From: Eledone cirrhosa
Taxonomy: Eukaryota
DNA length: 64,000 nucleotides
Reading direction: 5' to 3'
Assembly (NCBI GenBank): GCA_964016885.1
Contig: OZ024740.1
Coordinates: forward strand, 36,394,001 to 36,458,000
A program made the position numbers and the translations under genes. A model generated the notes under the pieces. It made no database searches. It was not told where the DNA came from and worked only from the letters and a program-made list of their open reading frames with translations. Numbering within the stretch: position 1 is the stretch's first letter; each line of letters begins with the position of its first letter. This document shows positions 27,920 to 44,300 of this stretch, piece after piece.

Positions 27920-30900
27920 GTGAAACTTCATACTAAGGAGAGTGAAACTACATATTATGTAGAGTGAAACTACATACTATGGAGAGTGAAACTACATACT
28001 CTGGAGAGTGAAACTACATAATGTGGAGAGTGAAACTACATATTGTGGAGAGTGAAACTACATACTATGGAGAGTGAAACTACATACAATGGAGAGTGAA
28101 ACTACATACTCTGGAGAGTGAAACTTCACACTATGGAGAGTGAAACTACATACTATGGAGAGTGAAACTACATACTATGGAGAGTGAAACTACATACTAT
28201 GGAGAGTGAAACTACATACTCTGGAGAGTGGAACCACATACTATGGAGAGTGAAACTACATACTATGGAGAGTGAAACTACATACTATGGGGAGTGAAAC
28301 TACATACTATGGAGAGCGAAACTACATACTGTGGAAAGTGAAACTACATACTATGGAGAGTGAAACTACTTACTCTGGAGAGTGAAACTACATACTGTGG
28401 AGAGTGAAACTATATACTGTGGAGAGACAAACTACATACTGTGGAGAGTGAAACTATATACTATTGAGAGTGAAACTACATGCTGTGGAGAGTGAAACTA
28501 CATACTGTGGAGACTAAAATACATACCATGGAGAGTGAAACTACATACTATGGAGAGTGAAACTACTTACTCTGGAGAGTGAAACTACATACTGTGGATA
28601 GTAAAATAAAGACACTGGAGAGTGAAACTACAAACTGTGGAAAGTGAAACTACCTACTGTGGAGAGTGAAACTACATACCGTGGAGAGTGAAACTACATA
28701 CTGTGGAGAGTGAAACTTCATATAATTGAGAGTGAAACTACATACTGTGGAGAGTGAAATTACATACTGTGGAGGGGGAAACCTCATATAATGGAGAGTG
28801 AAACTACATACAGTGGAGAGTGAAACTACATATTGTGGAGAGTGCAGTTATATACTGTGGACAGTAAAACTACATACTGTGGAAAGTGAAACTAGATACT
28901 ATGGAGAGTGAAACTACATACTGTGCAGAGTGAAAACTACATAATATGGAGAGTAAAACTACATTTTGTGTAGAGTCAAACTACATACTGTTGAGAGTGA
29001 AACTACATACTGTGGAGAGTGAAACTACATACTGTGGAGAGTGAAACTACATACTATGGAGAGTGCAATTACATACTGTGGAGAGTGAAACTACATACTG
29101 TGGAGAGTAAAATACATATTCTGGAGAGTGAAACTACATACTGTGGAGAGTGAAACTACATACTGTGGAGAGTGAAACTACATACTATGGAGAGTAAAAC
29201 TACATACTGTGGAGAGTGAAACTACATACTGTGGAGAGTCAAACTACATAGTGTGGAGAGTCAAACTACATACTGTGGATAGTGAACCTACACACTGTGG
29301 AGAGTCTAACTACATACTGTAGAGAGTGAAACTATATACTATGGAGAATCAAACTACATACTGTGGAGAGTGAAACTACATACTATGGAGAGGGAAACTA
29401 GATACTATGTCGAGTGAAACTATATACTATGGAGAGTCAAACAATATAGTGTGGAGAGGGAAACTAGATACTGTGGAGAGTGAAACTACATAGTGTGGAG
29501 AGGGAAACTACATACTGTGGAGAGTGAAACAATATACTGTGAAGAGTCAAACTACATACTATGGAGAGTTAGACTACATAGTGTGGATAGTGAAACTACA
29601 TACTGTGGAGAGTGAACCTACACACTGTGGAGAGTGAAACTACCTACTGTGGAGAGTGAAACTACATAATATGGAGAGTAAAACTACATATTGTGTAGAG
29701 TCAAACTACATAATATGGAGAGTAAAACTACATATTGTGGAGAGTGAAGCTACATACTATGGAGAGTGAAACTACATACTGTGGAGAGTAAAATACATAT
29801 TCTGGAGAGTGAAACTACACATTGTGGAGAGTGGAACTTTATACCGTGGAGAGTGAAACTACATACTGTGGAGAGTGAAACTACATACTCTGGAGAGTGA
29901 AACTACATATTGTGGAGAGTCTAACTACATACTGTAGAGAGTGAAAGTACATACCGTGGAGAGTGAAACTACATACTCTGGGGAATGAAACTACATACTC
30001 TGGAGAGTGAACCTACATACTATGGAGAGTGAAACTACATACTGGGGAGAGTGAAACTACATATAGTGGAGAGTGAAACTTCATACTAAGGAGAGTGAAA
30101 CTACATATTATGTAGAGTGAAACTACATACTATGGAGAGTGAAACTACATACTCTGGAGAGTGAAACTACATAATGTGGAGAGTGAAACTATATATTGTG
30201 GAGAGTGAAACTACATACTATGGAGAGTGAAACTACATACTATGGAGAGTGAAACTACATACTCTGGAGAGTGAAACTTCACACTATGCAGAGTGAAACT
30301 ACATACTATGGAGAGTGAAACTACATACTATGGAGAGTGAAACTACATACTATGGAGAGTGAAACTACATACTCTGGAGAGTGGAACCACATACTATGGA
30401 GAGTGAAACTACATACTATGGAGAGTGAAACTACATACCATGGAGAGTGAAATTACATACTATGGAGAGTGAAACTACATACTGTGGAAAGTGAAACTAC
30501 ATACTATGGAGAGTGAAACTACTTACTCTGGAGAGTGAAACTACATACTGTGGAGAGTGAAACTATATACTGTGGAGAGACAAACTACATACTGTGGAGA
30601 GTGAAACTATATACTATGGAGAGTGAAACTACATGCTGTGGAGAGTGAAACTACATACTGTGGAGACTAAAATACATACCATGGAGAGTGAAACTACATA
30701 CTGTGGAGAGTAAAATACATACGCTGGAGAGTGAAACTACATACTGTGGAAAGTGAAACTACATACTATGGAGAGTGAAACTACTTACTCTGGAGAGTGA
30801 AACTACATACTGTGGAGAGTGAAACTATATACTGTGGAGAGACAAACTACATACTGTGGAGAGTGAAACTATATACTATGCTGAGTGAAACTACATGCTG

Positions 30901-33900
30901 TGGAGAGTGAAACTACATACTGTGGAGACTAAAATACATACCATGGAGAGTGAAACTACATACTGTGGAGAGTAAAATACATACCCTGGAGAGTGAAACT
31001 ACATACTGTGGAAAGTGAAACTACATACTATGGAGAGTGAAACTACTTACTCTGGAGAGTGAAACTACATAGTGTGGAGAGTAAAATACATATTCTGGAG
31101 AGTGAAACTACATACTGTGGAGAGTGAAACTACATAGTCTGGAGAGTGAAACTACATACTGTGGAGAATGAAACTACATACTATGGAGAGTAAAGCTACA
31201 TACTGTGGAGAGTGAAACTACATACTGTGGAGAGTCAAACTACATAGTGTGGAGAGTCAAACTACATACTGTGGATAGTGAACCTACACACTGTGGAGAG
31301 TCTAACTACATACTGTAGAGAGTGAAACTATATACTATGGAGAGTCAAACTACATACTGTGGAGAGTGAAACTACATACTATGGAGAGGGAAACTAGATA
31401 CTATGTCGAGTTAAACTATATACTATGGAGAGTCAAACAATATAGTGTGGAGAGGGAAACTAGATACTGTGGAGAGTGAAACTACATAGTGTGGAGAGGG
31501 AAACTACATACTGTGGAGAGTGAAACAATATACTGTGAAGAGTCAAACTACATACTATGGAGAGTTAGACTACATACTGTGGAGAGTGAAACTACATAAT
31601 CTGGAGAGTGCAATTATATACTGTGCAGCGTGAAACTACATACTGTAGAGAGTGCAATTATATACTGTGGAGAGTGAAACTACATATTGTGGAAAGTGAA
31701 ACTACATAGTGTGGATAGTGAAACTACATACTGTGGAGAGTGAACCTACACACTGTGGAGAGTGAAACTACCTACTGTGGAGAGTGAAACTACATAATAT
31801 GGAGAGTAAAACTACATATTGTGTAGAGTCAAACTACATAATATGCAGAGTAAAACTACATATTGTGGAGTGTGAAACTACATACTATGGAGAGTGAAAC
31901 TACATACTGTGGAGAGTAAAATACATATTCTGGAGAGTGAAACTACACATTGTGGAGAGTGGAACTTTATACCGTGGAGAGTGAAACTACATACTGTGGA
32001 GAGTGAAACTACATACTCTGGAGAGTGAAACTACATATTGTGGAGAGTCTAACTACATACTGTAGAGAGTGAAAGTACATACCGTGGAGAGTGAAACTAC
32101 ATACTCTGGGGAATGAAACTACATACTCTGGAGAGTGAACCTACATACTATGGAGAGTGAAACTACATACTGGGGAGAGTGAAACTACATATAGTGGAGA
32201 GTGAAACTTCATACTAAGGAGAGTGAAACTACATATTATGTAGAGTGAAACTACATACTATGGAGAGTGAAACTACATACTCTGGAGAGTGAAACTACAT
32301 AATGTGGAGAGTGAAACTACATATTGTGGAGAGTGAAACTACATACTATGGAGAGTGAAACTACATACTATGGAGAGTGAAACTACATACTCTGGAGAGT
32401 GAAACTTCACACTATGCAGAGTGAAACTACATACTCTGGAGAATGAAACTACATACTATGGAGAGTGAAACTACATACTATGGAGAGTGAAACTACATAC
32501 TCTGGAGAGTGGAACCACATACTATGGAGAGTGAAACTACATACTATGGAGAGTGAAACTACATACTATGGAGAGTGAAACTACATACTATGGAGAGCGA
32601 AACTACATACTGTGGAAAGTGAAACTACATACTATGGAGAGTGAAACTACTTACTCTGGAGAGTGAAACTACATACTGTGGAGAGTGAAACTATATACTG
32701 TGGAGAGACAAACTACATACTGTGGAGAGTGAAACTATATACTATTGAGAGTGAAACTACATGCTGTGGAGAGTGAAACTACATACTGTGGAGACTAAAA
32801 TACATACCATGGAGAGTGAAACTACATACTATGGAGAGTGAAACTACTTACTCTGGAGAGTGAAACTACATACTGTGGATAGTAAAATAAAGACACTGGA
32901 GAGTGAAACTACAAACTGTGGAAAGTGAAACTACCTACTGTGGAGAGTGAAACTACATACCGTGGAGAGTGAAACTACATACTGTGGAGAGTGAAACTTC
33001 ATATAATTGAGAGTGAAACTACATACTGTGGAGAGTGAAATTACATACTGTGGAGGGGGAAACCTCATATAATGGAGAGTGAAACTACATACAGTGGAGA
33101 GTGAAACTACATATTGTGGAGAGTGCAGTTATATACTGTGGACAGTAAAACTACATACTGTGGAAAGTGAAACTAGATACTATGGAGAGTGAAACTACAT
33201 ACTGTGCAGAGTGAAAACTACATAATATGGAGAGTAAAACTACATTTTGTGTAGAGTCAAACTACATACTGTTGAGAGTGAAACTACATACTGTGGAGAG
33301 TGAAACTACATACTGTGGAGAGTGAAACTACATACTATGGAGAGTGCAATTACATACTGTGGAGAGTGAAACTACATACTGTGGAGAGTAAAATACATAT
33401 TCTGGAGAGTGAAACTACATACTGTGGAGAGTGAAACTACATACTGTGGAGAGTGAAACTACATACTATGGAGAGTAAAACTACATACTGTGGAGAGTGA
33501 AACTACATACTGTGGAGAGTCAAACTACATAGTGTGGAGAGTCAAACTACATACTGTGGATAGTGAACCTACACACTGTGGAGAGTCTAACTACATACTG
33601 TAGAGAGTGAAACTATATACTATGGAGAATCAAACTACATACTGTGGAGAGTGAAACTACATACTATGGAGAGGGAAACTAGATACTATGTCGAGTGAAA
33701 CTATATACTATGGAGAGTCAAACAATATAGTGTGGAGAGGGAAACTAGATACTGTGGAGAGTGAAACTACATAGTGTGGAGAGGGAAACTACATACTGTG
33801 GAGAGTGAAACAATATACTGTGAAGAGTCAAACTACATACTATGGAGAGTTAGACTACATAGTGTGGATAGTGAAACTACATACTGTGGAGAGTGAACCT

Positions 33901-36900
33901 ACACACTGTGGAGAGTGAAACTACCTACTGTGGAGAGTGAAACTACATAATATGGAGAGTAAAACTACATATTGTGTAGAGTCAAACTACATAATATGGA
34001 GAGTAAAACTACATATTGTGGAGAGTGAAGCTACATACTATGGAGAGTGAAACTACATACTGTGGAGAGTAAAATACATATTCTGGAGAGTGAAACTACA
34101 CATTGTGGAGAGTGGAACTTTATACCGTGGAGAGTGAAACTACATACTGTGGAGAGTGAAACTACATACTCTGGAGAGTGAAACTACATATTGTGGAGAG
34201 TCTAACTACATACTGTAGAGAGTGAAAGTACATACCGTGGAGAGTGAAACTACATACTCTGGGGAATGAAACTACATACTCTGGAGAGTGAACCTACATA
34301 CTATGGAGAGTGAAACTACATACTGGGGAGAGTGAAACTACATATAGTGGAGAGTGAAACTTCATACTAAGGAGAGTGAAACTACATATTATGTAGAGTG
34401 AAACTACATACTATGGAGAGTGAAACTACATACTCTGGAGAGTGAAACTACATAATGTGGAGAGTGAAACTATATATTGTGGAGAGTGAAACTACATACT
34501 ATGGAGAGTGAAACTACATACTATGGAGAGTGAAACTACATACTCTGGAGAGTGAAACTTCACACTATGCAGAGTGAAACTACATACTATGGAGAGTGAA
34601 ACTACATACTATGGAGAGTGAAACTACATACTATGGAGAGTGAAACTACATACTCTGGAGAGTGGAACCACATACTATGGAGAGTGAAACTACATACTAT
34701 GGAGAGTGAAACTACATACCATGGAGAGTGAAATTACATACTATGGAGAGTGAAACTACATACTGTGGAAAGTGAAACTACATACTATGGAGAGTGAAAC
34801 TACTTACTCTGGAGAGTGAAACTACATACTGTGGAGAGTGAAACTATATACTGTGGAGAGACAAACTACATACTGTGGAGAGTGAAACTATATACTATGG
34901 AGAGTGAAACTACATGCTGTGGAGAGTGAAACTACATACTGTGGAGACTAAAATACATACCATGGAGAGTGAAACTACATACTGTGGAGAGTAAAATACA
35001 TACGCTGGAGAGTGAAACTACATACTGTGGAAAGTGAAACTACATACTATGGAGAGTGAAACTACTTACTCTGGAGAGTGAAACTACATACTGTGGAGAG
35101 TGAAACTATATACTGTGGAGAGACAAACTACATACTGTGGAGAGTGAAACTATATACTATGCTGAGTGAAACTACATGCTGTGGAGAGTGAAACTACATA
35201 CTGTGGAGACTAAAATACATACCATGGAGAGTGAAACTACATACTGTGGAGAGTAAAATACATACCCTGGAGAGTGAAACTACATACTGTGGAAAGTGAA
35301 ACTACATACTATGGAGAGTGAAACTACTTACTCTGGAGAGTGAAACTACATAGTGTGGAGAGTAAAATACATATTCTGGAGAGTGAAACTACATACTGTG
35401 GAGAGTGAAACTACATAGTCTGGAGAGTGAAACTACATACTGTGGAGAGTGAAACTACATACTATGGAGAGTAAAGCTACATACTGTGGAGAGTGAAACT
35501 ACATACTGTGGAGAGTCAAACTACATAGTGTGGAGAGTCAAACTACATACTGTGGATAGTGAACCTACACACTGTGGAGAGTCTAACTACATACTGTAGA
35601 GAGTGAAACTATATACTATGGAGAGTCAAACTACATACTGTGGAGAGTGAAACTACATACTATGGAGAGGGAAACTAGATACTATGTCGAGTTAAACTAT
35701 ATACTATGGAGAGTCAAACAATATAGTGTGGAGAGGGAAACTAGATACTGTGGAGAGTGAAACTACATAGTGTGGAGAGGGAAACTACATACTGTGGAGA
35801 GTGAAACAATATACTGTGAAGAGTCAAACTACATACTATGGAGAGTTAGACTACATACTGTGGAGAGTGAAACTACATAATCTGGAGAGTGCAATTATAT
35901 ACTGTGCAGCGTGAAACTACATACTGTAGAGAGTGCAATTATATACTGTGGAGAGTGAAACTACATATTGTGGAAAGTGAAACTACATAGTGTGGATAGT
36001 GAAACTACATACTGTGGAGAGTGAACCTACACACTGTGGAGAGTGAAACTACCTACTGTGGAGAGTGAAACTACATAATATGGAGAGTAAAACTACATAT
36101 TGTGTAGAGTCAAACTACATAATATGCAGAGTAAAACTACATATTGTGGAGTGTGAAACTACATACTATGGAGAGTGAAACTACATACTGTGGAGAGTAA
36201 AATACATATTCTGGAGAGTGAAACTACACATTGTGGAGAGTGGAACTTTATACCGTGGAGAGTGAAACTACATACTGTGGAGAGTGAAACTACATACTCT
36301 GGAGAGTGAAACTACATATTGTGGAGAGTCTAACTACATACTGTAGAGAGTGAAAGTACATACCGTGGAGAGTGAAACTACATACTCTGGGTAATGAAAC
36401 TACATACTCTGGAGAGTGAACCTACATACTATGGAGAGTGAAACTACATACTGGGGAGAGTGAAACTACATATAGTGGAGAGTGAAACTTCATACTAAGG
36501 AGAGTGAAACTACATATTATGTAGAGTGAAACTACATACTATGGAGAGTGAAACTACATACTCTGGAGAGTGAAACTACATAATGTGGAGAGTGAAACTA
36601 CATATTGTGGAGAGTGAAACTACATACTATGGAGAGTGAAACTACATACTATGGAGAGTGAAACTACATACTCTGGAGAGTGAAACTTCACACTATGCAG
36701 AGTGAAACTACATACTCTGGAGAGTGAAACTACATACTATGGAGAGTGAAACTACATACTATGGAGAGTGAAACTACATACTCTGGAGAGTGGAACCACA
36801 TACTATGGAGAGTGAAACTACATACTATGGAGAGTGAAACTACATACTATGGAGAGTGAAACTACATACTATGGAGAGTGAAACTACATACTGTGGAAAG

Positions 36901-36950
36901 TGAAACTACATACTATGGAGAGTGAAACTACTTACTCTGGAGAGTGAAAC
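27920..36950. repeat. 4281-bp higher-order repeat (195 monomers), slightly over two copies
   Basis: Rare variants recur at +4281: taagg at 27934/32215/36496, gtaaaataaa at 28601/32882, ctgagtg at 30881/35162, gttaaa at 31410/35691. Confidence 0.9.
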
Positions 36951-39440
36951 TACATAGTGTGGAGAGTAAAATACATATTCTGGAGAGTGAAACTACATAC
37001 TGTGGAGAGTGAAACTACATAGTCTGGAGAGTGAAACTACATACTGTGGAGAGTGAAACTACATACTATGGAGAGTAAAGCTACATACTGTGGAGAGTGA
37101 AACTACATACTGTGGAGAGTCAAACTACATAGTGTGGAGAGTCAAACTACATACTGTGGATAGTGAACCTACACACTGTGGAGAGTCTAACTACATACTG
37201 TAGAGAGTGAAACTATATACTATGGAGAGTCAAACTACATACTGTGGAGAGTGAAACTACATACTATGGAGAGGGAAACTAGATACTATGTCGAGTTAAA
37301 CTATATACTATGGAGAGTCAAACAATATAGTGTGGAGAGGGAAACTAGATACTGTGGAGAGTGAAACTACATAGTGTGGAGAGGGAAACTACATACTGTG
37401 GAGAGTGAAACAATATACTGTGAAGAGTCAAACTACATACTATGGAGAGTAGGACTACATACTGTGGAGAGTAAAACTACATACTCTGGAGAGTGCAATT
37501 ATATACTGTGCAGCGTGAAACTACATACTGTAGAGAGTGCAATTATATACTGTGGAGAGTGAAACTACATATTGTGGAAAGTGAAACTACATAGTGTGGA
37601 TAGTGAAACTACATACTGTGGAGAGTGAACCTACACACTGTGGAGAGTGAAACTACCTACTGTGGAGAGTGAAACTACATAATATGGAGAGTAAAACTAC
37701 ATATTGTGTAGAGTCAAACTACATAATATGCAGAGTAAAACTACATATTGTGGAGTGTGAAACTACATACTATGGAGAGTGAAACTACATACTGTGGAGA
37801 GTAACATACATATTCTGGAGAGTGAAACTACACATTGTGGAGAGTGGAACTTTATACCGTGGAGAGTGAAACTACATACTGTGGAGAGTGAAACTACATA
37901 CTCTGGAGAGTGAAACTACATATTGTGGAGAGTCTAACTACATACTGTAGAGAGTGAAAGTACATACCGTGGAGAGTGAAACTACATACTCTGGGGAATG
38001 AAACTACATACTCTGGAGAGTGAACCTACATACTATGGAGAGTGAAACTACATACTGGGGAGAGTGAAACTACATATAGTGGAGAGTGAAACTTCATACT
38101 AAGGAGAGTGAAACTACATATTATGTAGAGTGAAACTACATACTATGGAGAGTGAAACTACATACTCTGGAGAGTGAAACTACATAATGTGGAGAGTGAA
38201 ACTACATATTGTGGAGAGTGAAACTACATACTATGGAGAGTGAAACTACATACTATGGAGAGTGAAACTACATACTCTGGAGAGTGAAACTTCACACTAT
38301 GCAGAGTGAAACTACATACTATGGAGAGTGAAACTACATACTATGGAGAGTGAAACTACATACTATGGAGAGTGAAACTACATACTCTGGAGAGTGGAAC
38401 CACATACTATGGAGAGTGAAACTACATACTATGGAGAGTGAAACTACATACTATGGAGAGTGAAACTACATACTATGGAGAGTGAAACTACATACTGTGG
38501 AAAGTGAAACTACATACTATGGAGAGTGAAACTACTTACTCTGGAGAGTGAAACTACATAGTGTGGAGAGTAAAATACATATTCTGGAGAGTGAAACTAC
38601 ATACTGTGGAGAGTGAAACTACATAGTCTGGAGAGTGAAACTACATACTGTGGAGAGTAAAACTACATACTATGGAGAGTAAAGCTACATACTGTGGAGA
38701 GTGAAACTACATACTGTGGAGAGTCAAACTACATAGTGTGGAGAGTCAAACTACATACTGTGGATAGTGAACCTACACACTGTGGAGAGTCTAACTACAT
38801 ACTGTAGAGAGTGAAACTATGTACTATGGAGAGTCAAACTACATACTGTGGAGAGTGAAACTACATACTATGGAGAGGGAAACTAGATACTATGTCGAGT
38901 TAAACTATATACTATGGAGAGTCAAACAATATAGTGTGGAGAGGGAAACTAGATACTGTGGAGAGTGAAACTACATAGTGTGGAGAGGGAAACTACATAC
39001 TGTGGAGAGTGAAACAATATACTGTGAAGAGTCAAACTACATACTATGGAGAGTAGGACTACATACTGTGGAGAGTAAAACTACATACTCTGGAGAGTGC
39101 AATTATATACTGTGCAGCGTGAAACTATATACTGTAGAGAGTGCAATTATATACTGTGGAGAGTGAAACTACATATTGTGGAAAGTGAAACTACATAGTG
39201 TGGATAGTGAAACTACATACTGTGGAGAGTGAACCTACACACTGTGGAGAGTGAAACTACCTACTGTGTAGAGTGAAACTACATAATATGGAGAGTAAAA
39301 CTACATATTGTGTAGAGTCAAACTACATAATATGGAGAGTAAAACTACATACTGTGGAGAGTGAAACTACATACTATGGAGAGTGAAACTACATACTGTG
39401 GAGAGTAAAATACATATTCTGGAGAGTGAAACTACACATT
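35340..39440. repeat. 1604-bp higher-order repeat (73 monomers), about 2.5 copies
   Basis: gttaaa at 35691/37295/38899; taagg at 36496/38100; duplicated ORFs at 37374 and 38978. Confidence 0.9.
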
Positions 39441-41399
39441 GTGGAGATTGAAACTACATACTCTGGAGAGTGAAACTACATACTGTCGAGAGAGCAATTA
39501 CATACTGTGGAGAGGGAAACTACATATTGTGGAGAGTGAAACTAGATATTGTCGAGAGTGAAAACTACATACTATGGAGAGTGAAACTACATACTTTGGA
39601 GAGTAATACTACATACTGTGGAGAGTAAAACTACATACTATGGAGAGTGAAACTACATCCGGTGGAGAGTGCAATTACATACTGTGGAGAGAGCAATTAC
39701 ATACTGTGGAGAGGGAAACTACATATTGTGGAGAGTGAAACTAAATATTGTCGAGAGTGAAACTACATACTATGGAGAGTGAAACTATATACTATGGAGA
39801 GTCAAACTACATTCTGTGGAAAGTGAAACTACATACTGTGGAGATTGAAACTACATACTGTGGAGAATGAAACTGCATACTGTGGAGAGTGCAATGATAT
39901 ACTGTGTAGAGTGAAATTACATAGTGTGGAGAGTCAAACTACATAGTGTGGAGAGTCAAACTACATACTGTGGGGAGTGAAACTACATACTGTGGAGAGT
40001 GAAATTACATAATGTGGAGAGTGAAACTACATACGGCGGAGAGTGAAACAACATAATATGGAGAGTGAAATTACATACAGTGGAGAGTGAAACTACATAC
40101 TGTGGAGAGTGCAATTAAATACTGTGCAGAGTGAAGCTACATACTATGAAAAGAGAAACTACATACTCGGGAGAGTGAAACTACATTGTGTGGAGAGTGA
40201 AACTACATACTGTGGAGAGTGCAATTAAATACTGTGGAGAGTGAAACTACATACTGTGAAAAGAGAAACTACATACTCGGGAGAGTGAAACTACATAGAG
40301 TGGTGAGTGAAACTACATACTGTGAGAGTGAAATTACATATTGTGGAGAGTGAAACTACATACTATGGAGAGTTAACCTACATTCTGTGGAGTGTCAAAC
40401 GACATACTGTGGAGAGTGAAACTACATACTTTGGAGAGTAAAACTACATATAGTGGAGAGTGAAACAACATACTATGGAGAGTGAAACTAAATACTAAGG
40501 AGAGTCAAACTACATACTATGGAAAGCGAAACTATATACTGTGGAGAGTCAAACTATATACTGTGGAGAGTGAAACTGCATACTCTGGAAAGTGAAACTA
40601 CATACGATGTAGAGTGAAACTACATACTGTGGAGAGTGAAACTAGATATTGTCGAGAGTGAAACTACATACTATGGAGAGTGAAACTACATACTTTGGAG
40701 AGTAATACTACATACTGTGGAGAGTAAAACTACATACTATGGAGAGTGAAACTACATACGGTGGAGAGTGCAATTACATACTGTGGAGAGGGCAATTACA
40801 TACTGTGGAGAGGGAAACTACATATTGTGGAGAGTGAAATTACATACGATGTAGAGTGAAACTACATACTGTGGAGAGTGAAACTACATAGTGTGGAGAG
40901 TCAAACTACATAGTGTGGAGAGTGAAACTACATAGTGTGGAGTGTGAAACTACATACTGTGGAGAGTGAAACTACATAGTGTGGAGAGTCAAACTATATA
41001 CTGTGGAGAGTGTAACTGCATACTCTGGAAAGTGAAACTAAAGACGATGTAGAGTGAAACTATATACTGTGGAGAGTGAAACTACATAGTGTGGAGAGTG
41101 AAACTACATACTGTGGAGAGTAAAACTACATAGTGTGGAGAGTGAAACTACATACTGTGGAGAGTGAAACTACATAGTGTGGAGAGTAAAACTACATAGT
41201 GTGGAGAGTGAAAACTACATACTATAGAGTGTCAAACTACATACTGTGGAGAGAGAAACTAGATACTCTGGAGAGTGAAACTAGATACTGTGGAGAGTGA
41301 AACTACATACTGTGGAGAGTTAAACTACATACTATAGAGTGTCAAACTACATACTGTGGAGAGAGAAACTAGATACTGTGGAGAGTGAAACTACATACT

Positions 41400-44300
41400 G
41401 TGGAGAGTGAAACTACATACTAGGGAGAGTGAAACTACATACTGTGGAGAGTCAAACTACATACTATGGAGGGGCAAACTACATAGTGTGGAGTGTGAAA
41501 CTACATACAGTGGAGAGTGAAACTACATACTGTGAAGAGAGAAACTACATACTGTGGAGAGCAAACTACATACTGCGGAGTGTGAAATTACATAGAGTGG
41601 AGGGTGAAACTTCATTTAATAGAGAGAGAAACTACATACTGTGGAGAGTTCAATTACATACTGTGGAGAGTGAAACTACATACTGTGGAGAGTGAAACTA
41701 CATACTGTGGAAAGTAAAACTACTTACTGTGGAGAGTGAAACTATATAGTGTGGAGAGTGAAAGAACATACTCTGGAGAGTGAAACTACCTACTGTGGAA
41801 AGTGAAACTACTTACTATGGAGAGTGAAACTATATACTGTGGAGAGTGAAACTACATACTGTGGAGAGTGAAACTACACAGTGTGGAGAGTCAAACTACA
41901 TACTGTGGAGAGTTAAACTATATACTGTGGAGAGTGAAATTACATACTGTGGAGAGTGAAACTACATACTATGGATGTGAAACTACATGCTGTAGAGAGT
42001 GAAACTAGATACTGTGGTGAGTGAAACTACATACTATGGAGAGTGAAACTAAATAATATGGAGAGTCAAACTACATGCTGTGGAGAGTAAAACTACATAC
42101 TGTGGAGAGTGCAAATACATACTCTGGAGAGTGAAACTACATACTATGAAGAGTAAAACTACACATTGTTGAGAGTCAGACATACCAACTATGGAAAGTG
42201 AAACTACATACTGTTGAGAGTGAAACTACATACTGTGGAGAGTGAAACTACATACTGCGGAGAGTGCAATTACATACTGTAGAGAGTGAAACTAAATACT
42301 GTGGAGAGGGGAACTACGTACTGTGGAGAGTGAAATTATATATTGTGTAGAGTGAAACTACATACTGTGGAGAGTGCAATAACATAGTATGGAGAGTAAT
42401 ACTACATACAGTGGAGAGGGAAAGTACATTCTGTGGAGAGTGAAACTAAATACTATGAAGAGTGAAACTACATACTGTTGAGAGTGCAAATACATACTGT
42501 AAAGAATGAAACTACATACTGTGGAGAGAGAAACTACATACTGTGGAGGGTGAAACTACATACTGTAGAGAGTGCAATTATATACTGTGGAGAGTGAAAC
42601 TACATACTGTGGAGTGTCAAGCTACATACTGTGTAGTGTAAAACTACATAGTTTGGAGAGTCAAACTACATACTGTGGAGAGTAAAACTACATAGTTTGG
42701 AGAGTCAAACTACATACTGTGGAGAGTAAAACTACATACTCTGGAGAGTGAAATTACATACAATGGAGGGTGAAACTTCATATAATGGAGAGTGAAACTA
42801 TATACAGTGGAGAGTGAATCTACATACTGTGGAGAATACAATTACATACTGTGGGGAGTGAAACTACATACTGTGGAGAGTGAAACTACATACTGTGGAG
42901 AGTGAAACTACATGCTGTGGAGAGTGAAACTACATACTGTGGAGAGTGAAACTACATATGGTGGAGAGTGAAATTACATACTGTGGAGAGTAAAACTAGA
43001 TACTATGGAGAGTGCAAATACATACTGTGGAGAGTGAAACTCGATGCTGTGGGGAGTAAAACTACATACAGTGGAGAGGGAAACTACATACTGTGGAGAG
43101 TGAAACTACATACTGTGGAGAGTGAAACTGCATACTGTGGAAAGTGAAACTATATACGATGGAGAGTCAAACTACATACTGTGGAGAGTGAAATTACATA
43201 CTATGGATAGTGAAACTACATACTGTGTAGAGTGATACTAAATAGTGTGGAGAGTGAAACTACATAGTGTGGAGAGTGAAACTGCATACTGTGGAGAATG
43301 CAATTACATACTGTGGAGAGTGAAACTACATACTGTGGAGAGTGAAACTACATTGTGTGGAGAGTGAAACTACATACTATGGAGAGTGCAATTATATACT
43401 GTGGCGAGTGAAACTACATACTGTGGAGAGTGCAATTATATACTGTGGCGAGTGAAACTACATACTGTGGAGAGTGAAACTACAAACTGTGGAGAGTGAA
43501 ACTACATACTGTGGAGAGTGAAACTACATACTAGGGAGAGTGAAACTACATACTGTGGAGAGTCAAACTACATACTATGGATGGGCAAATTACATAGTGT
43601 GGAGTGTGAAACTACATACTGTGGAGAGTGAAACTACATACTGTGGAGAGAGGAACTACACACTGTAGAGAGTGAAACTACATTGTGTGGAGAGTGAAAC
43701 TACATACTATGGAGAGTGCAATTATATACTGTGGCGAGTGAAACTACATACTGTGGAGAGTGCAATTATATACTGTGGCGAGTGAAACTACTTACTGTGG
43801 AGAGTGAACCTACATACTGTGGAGAGTGAAACTAAATACTGTGGAGAGTGAAACTACATACTAGGGAGAGTGAAACTACATACTGTGGAGAGTCAAACTA
43901 CAAACTATGGAGGGGCAAACTACATAGTGTGGAGTGTGAAACTACATACAGTGGAGAGTGAAACTACATACTGTGAAGTGAGAAACTACATACTGTGGAG
44001 AGCAAACTACATACTGCGGAGTGTGAAATTACATAGAGTGGAGGGTGAAACTTCATTTAATGGAGAGTGAAACTACATACTGTGGAGAGTGCAATTACAT
44101 ACTGTGGAGAGTGAAACTACATACTGTGGAGAGTGAAACTACATACTGTGGAAAGTGAAACTACATACTGTGGAGAGTGAAACTATATAGTGTGGAGAGT
44201 GAAAGAACATACTCTAGAGAGTGAAACTACCTACTGTGGAAAGTGAAACTACTTACTATGGAGAGTAAAACTACATACTGTGGAGAGTGAAACTACATAC

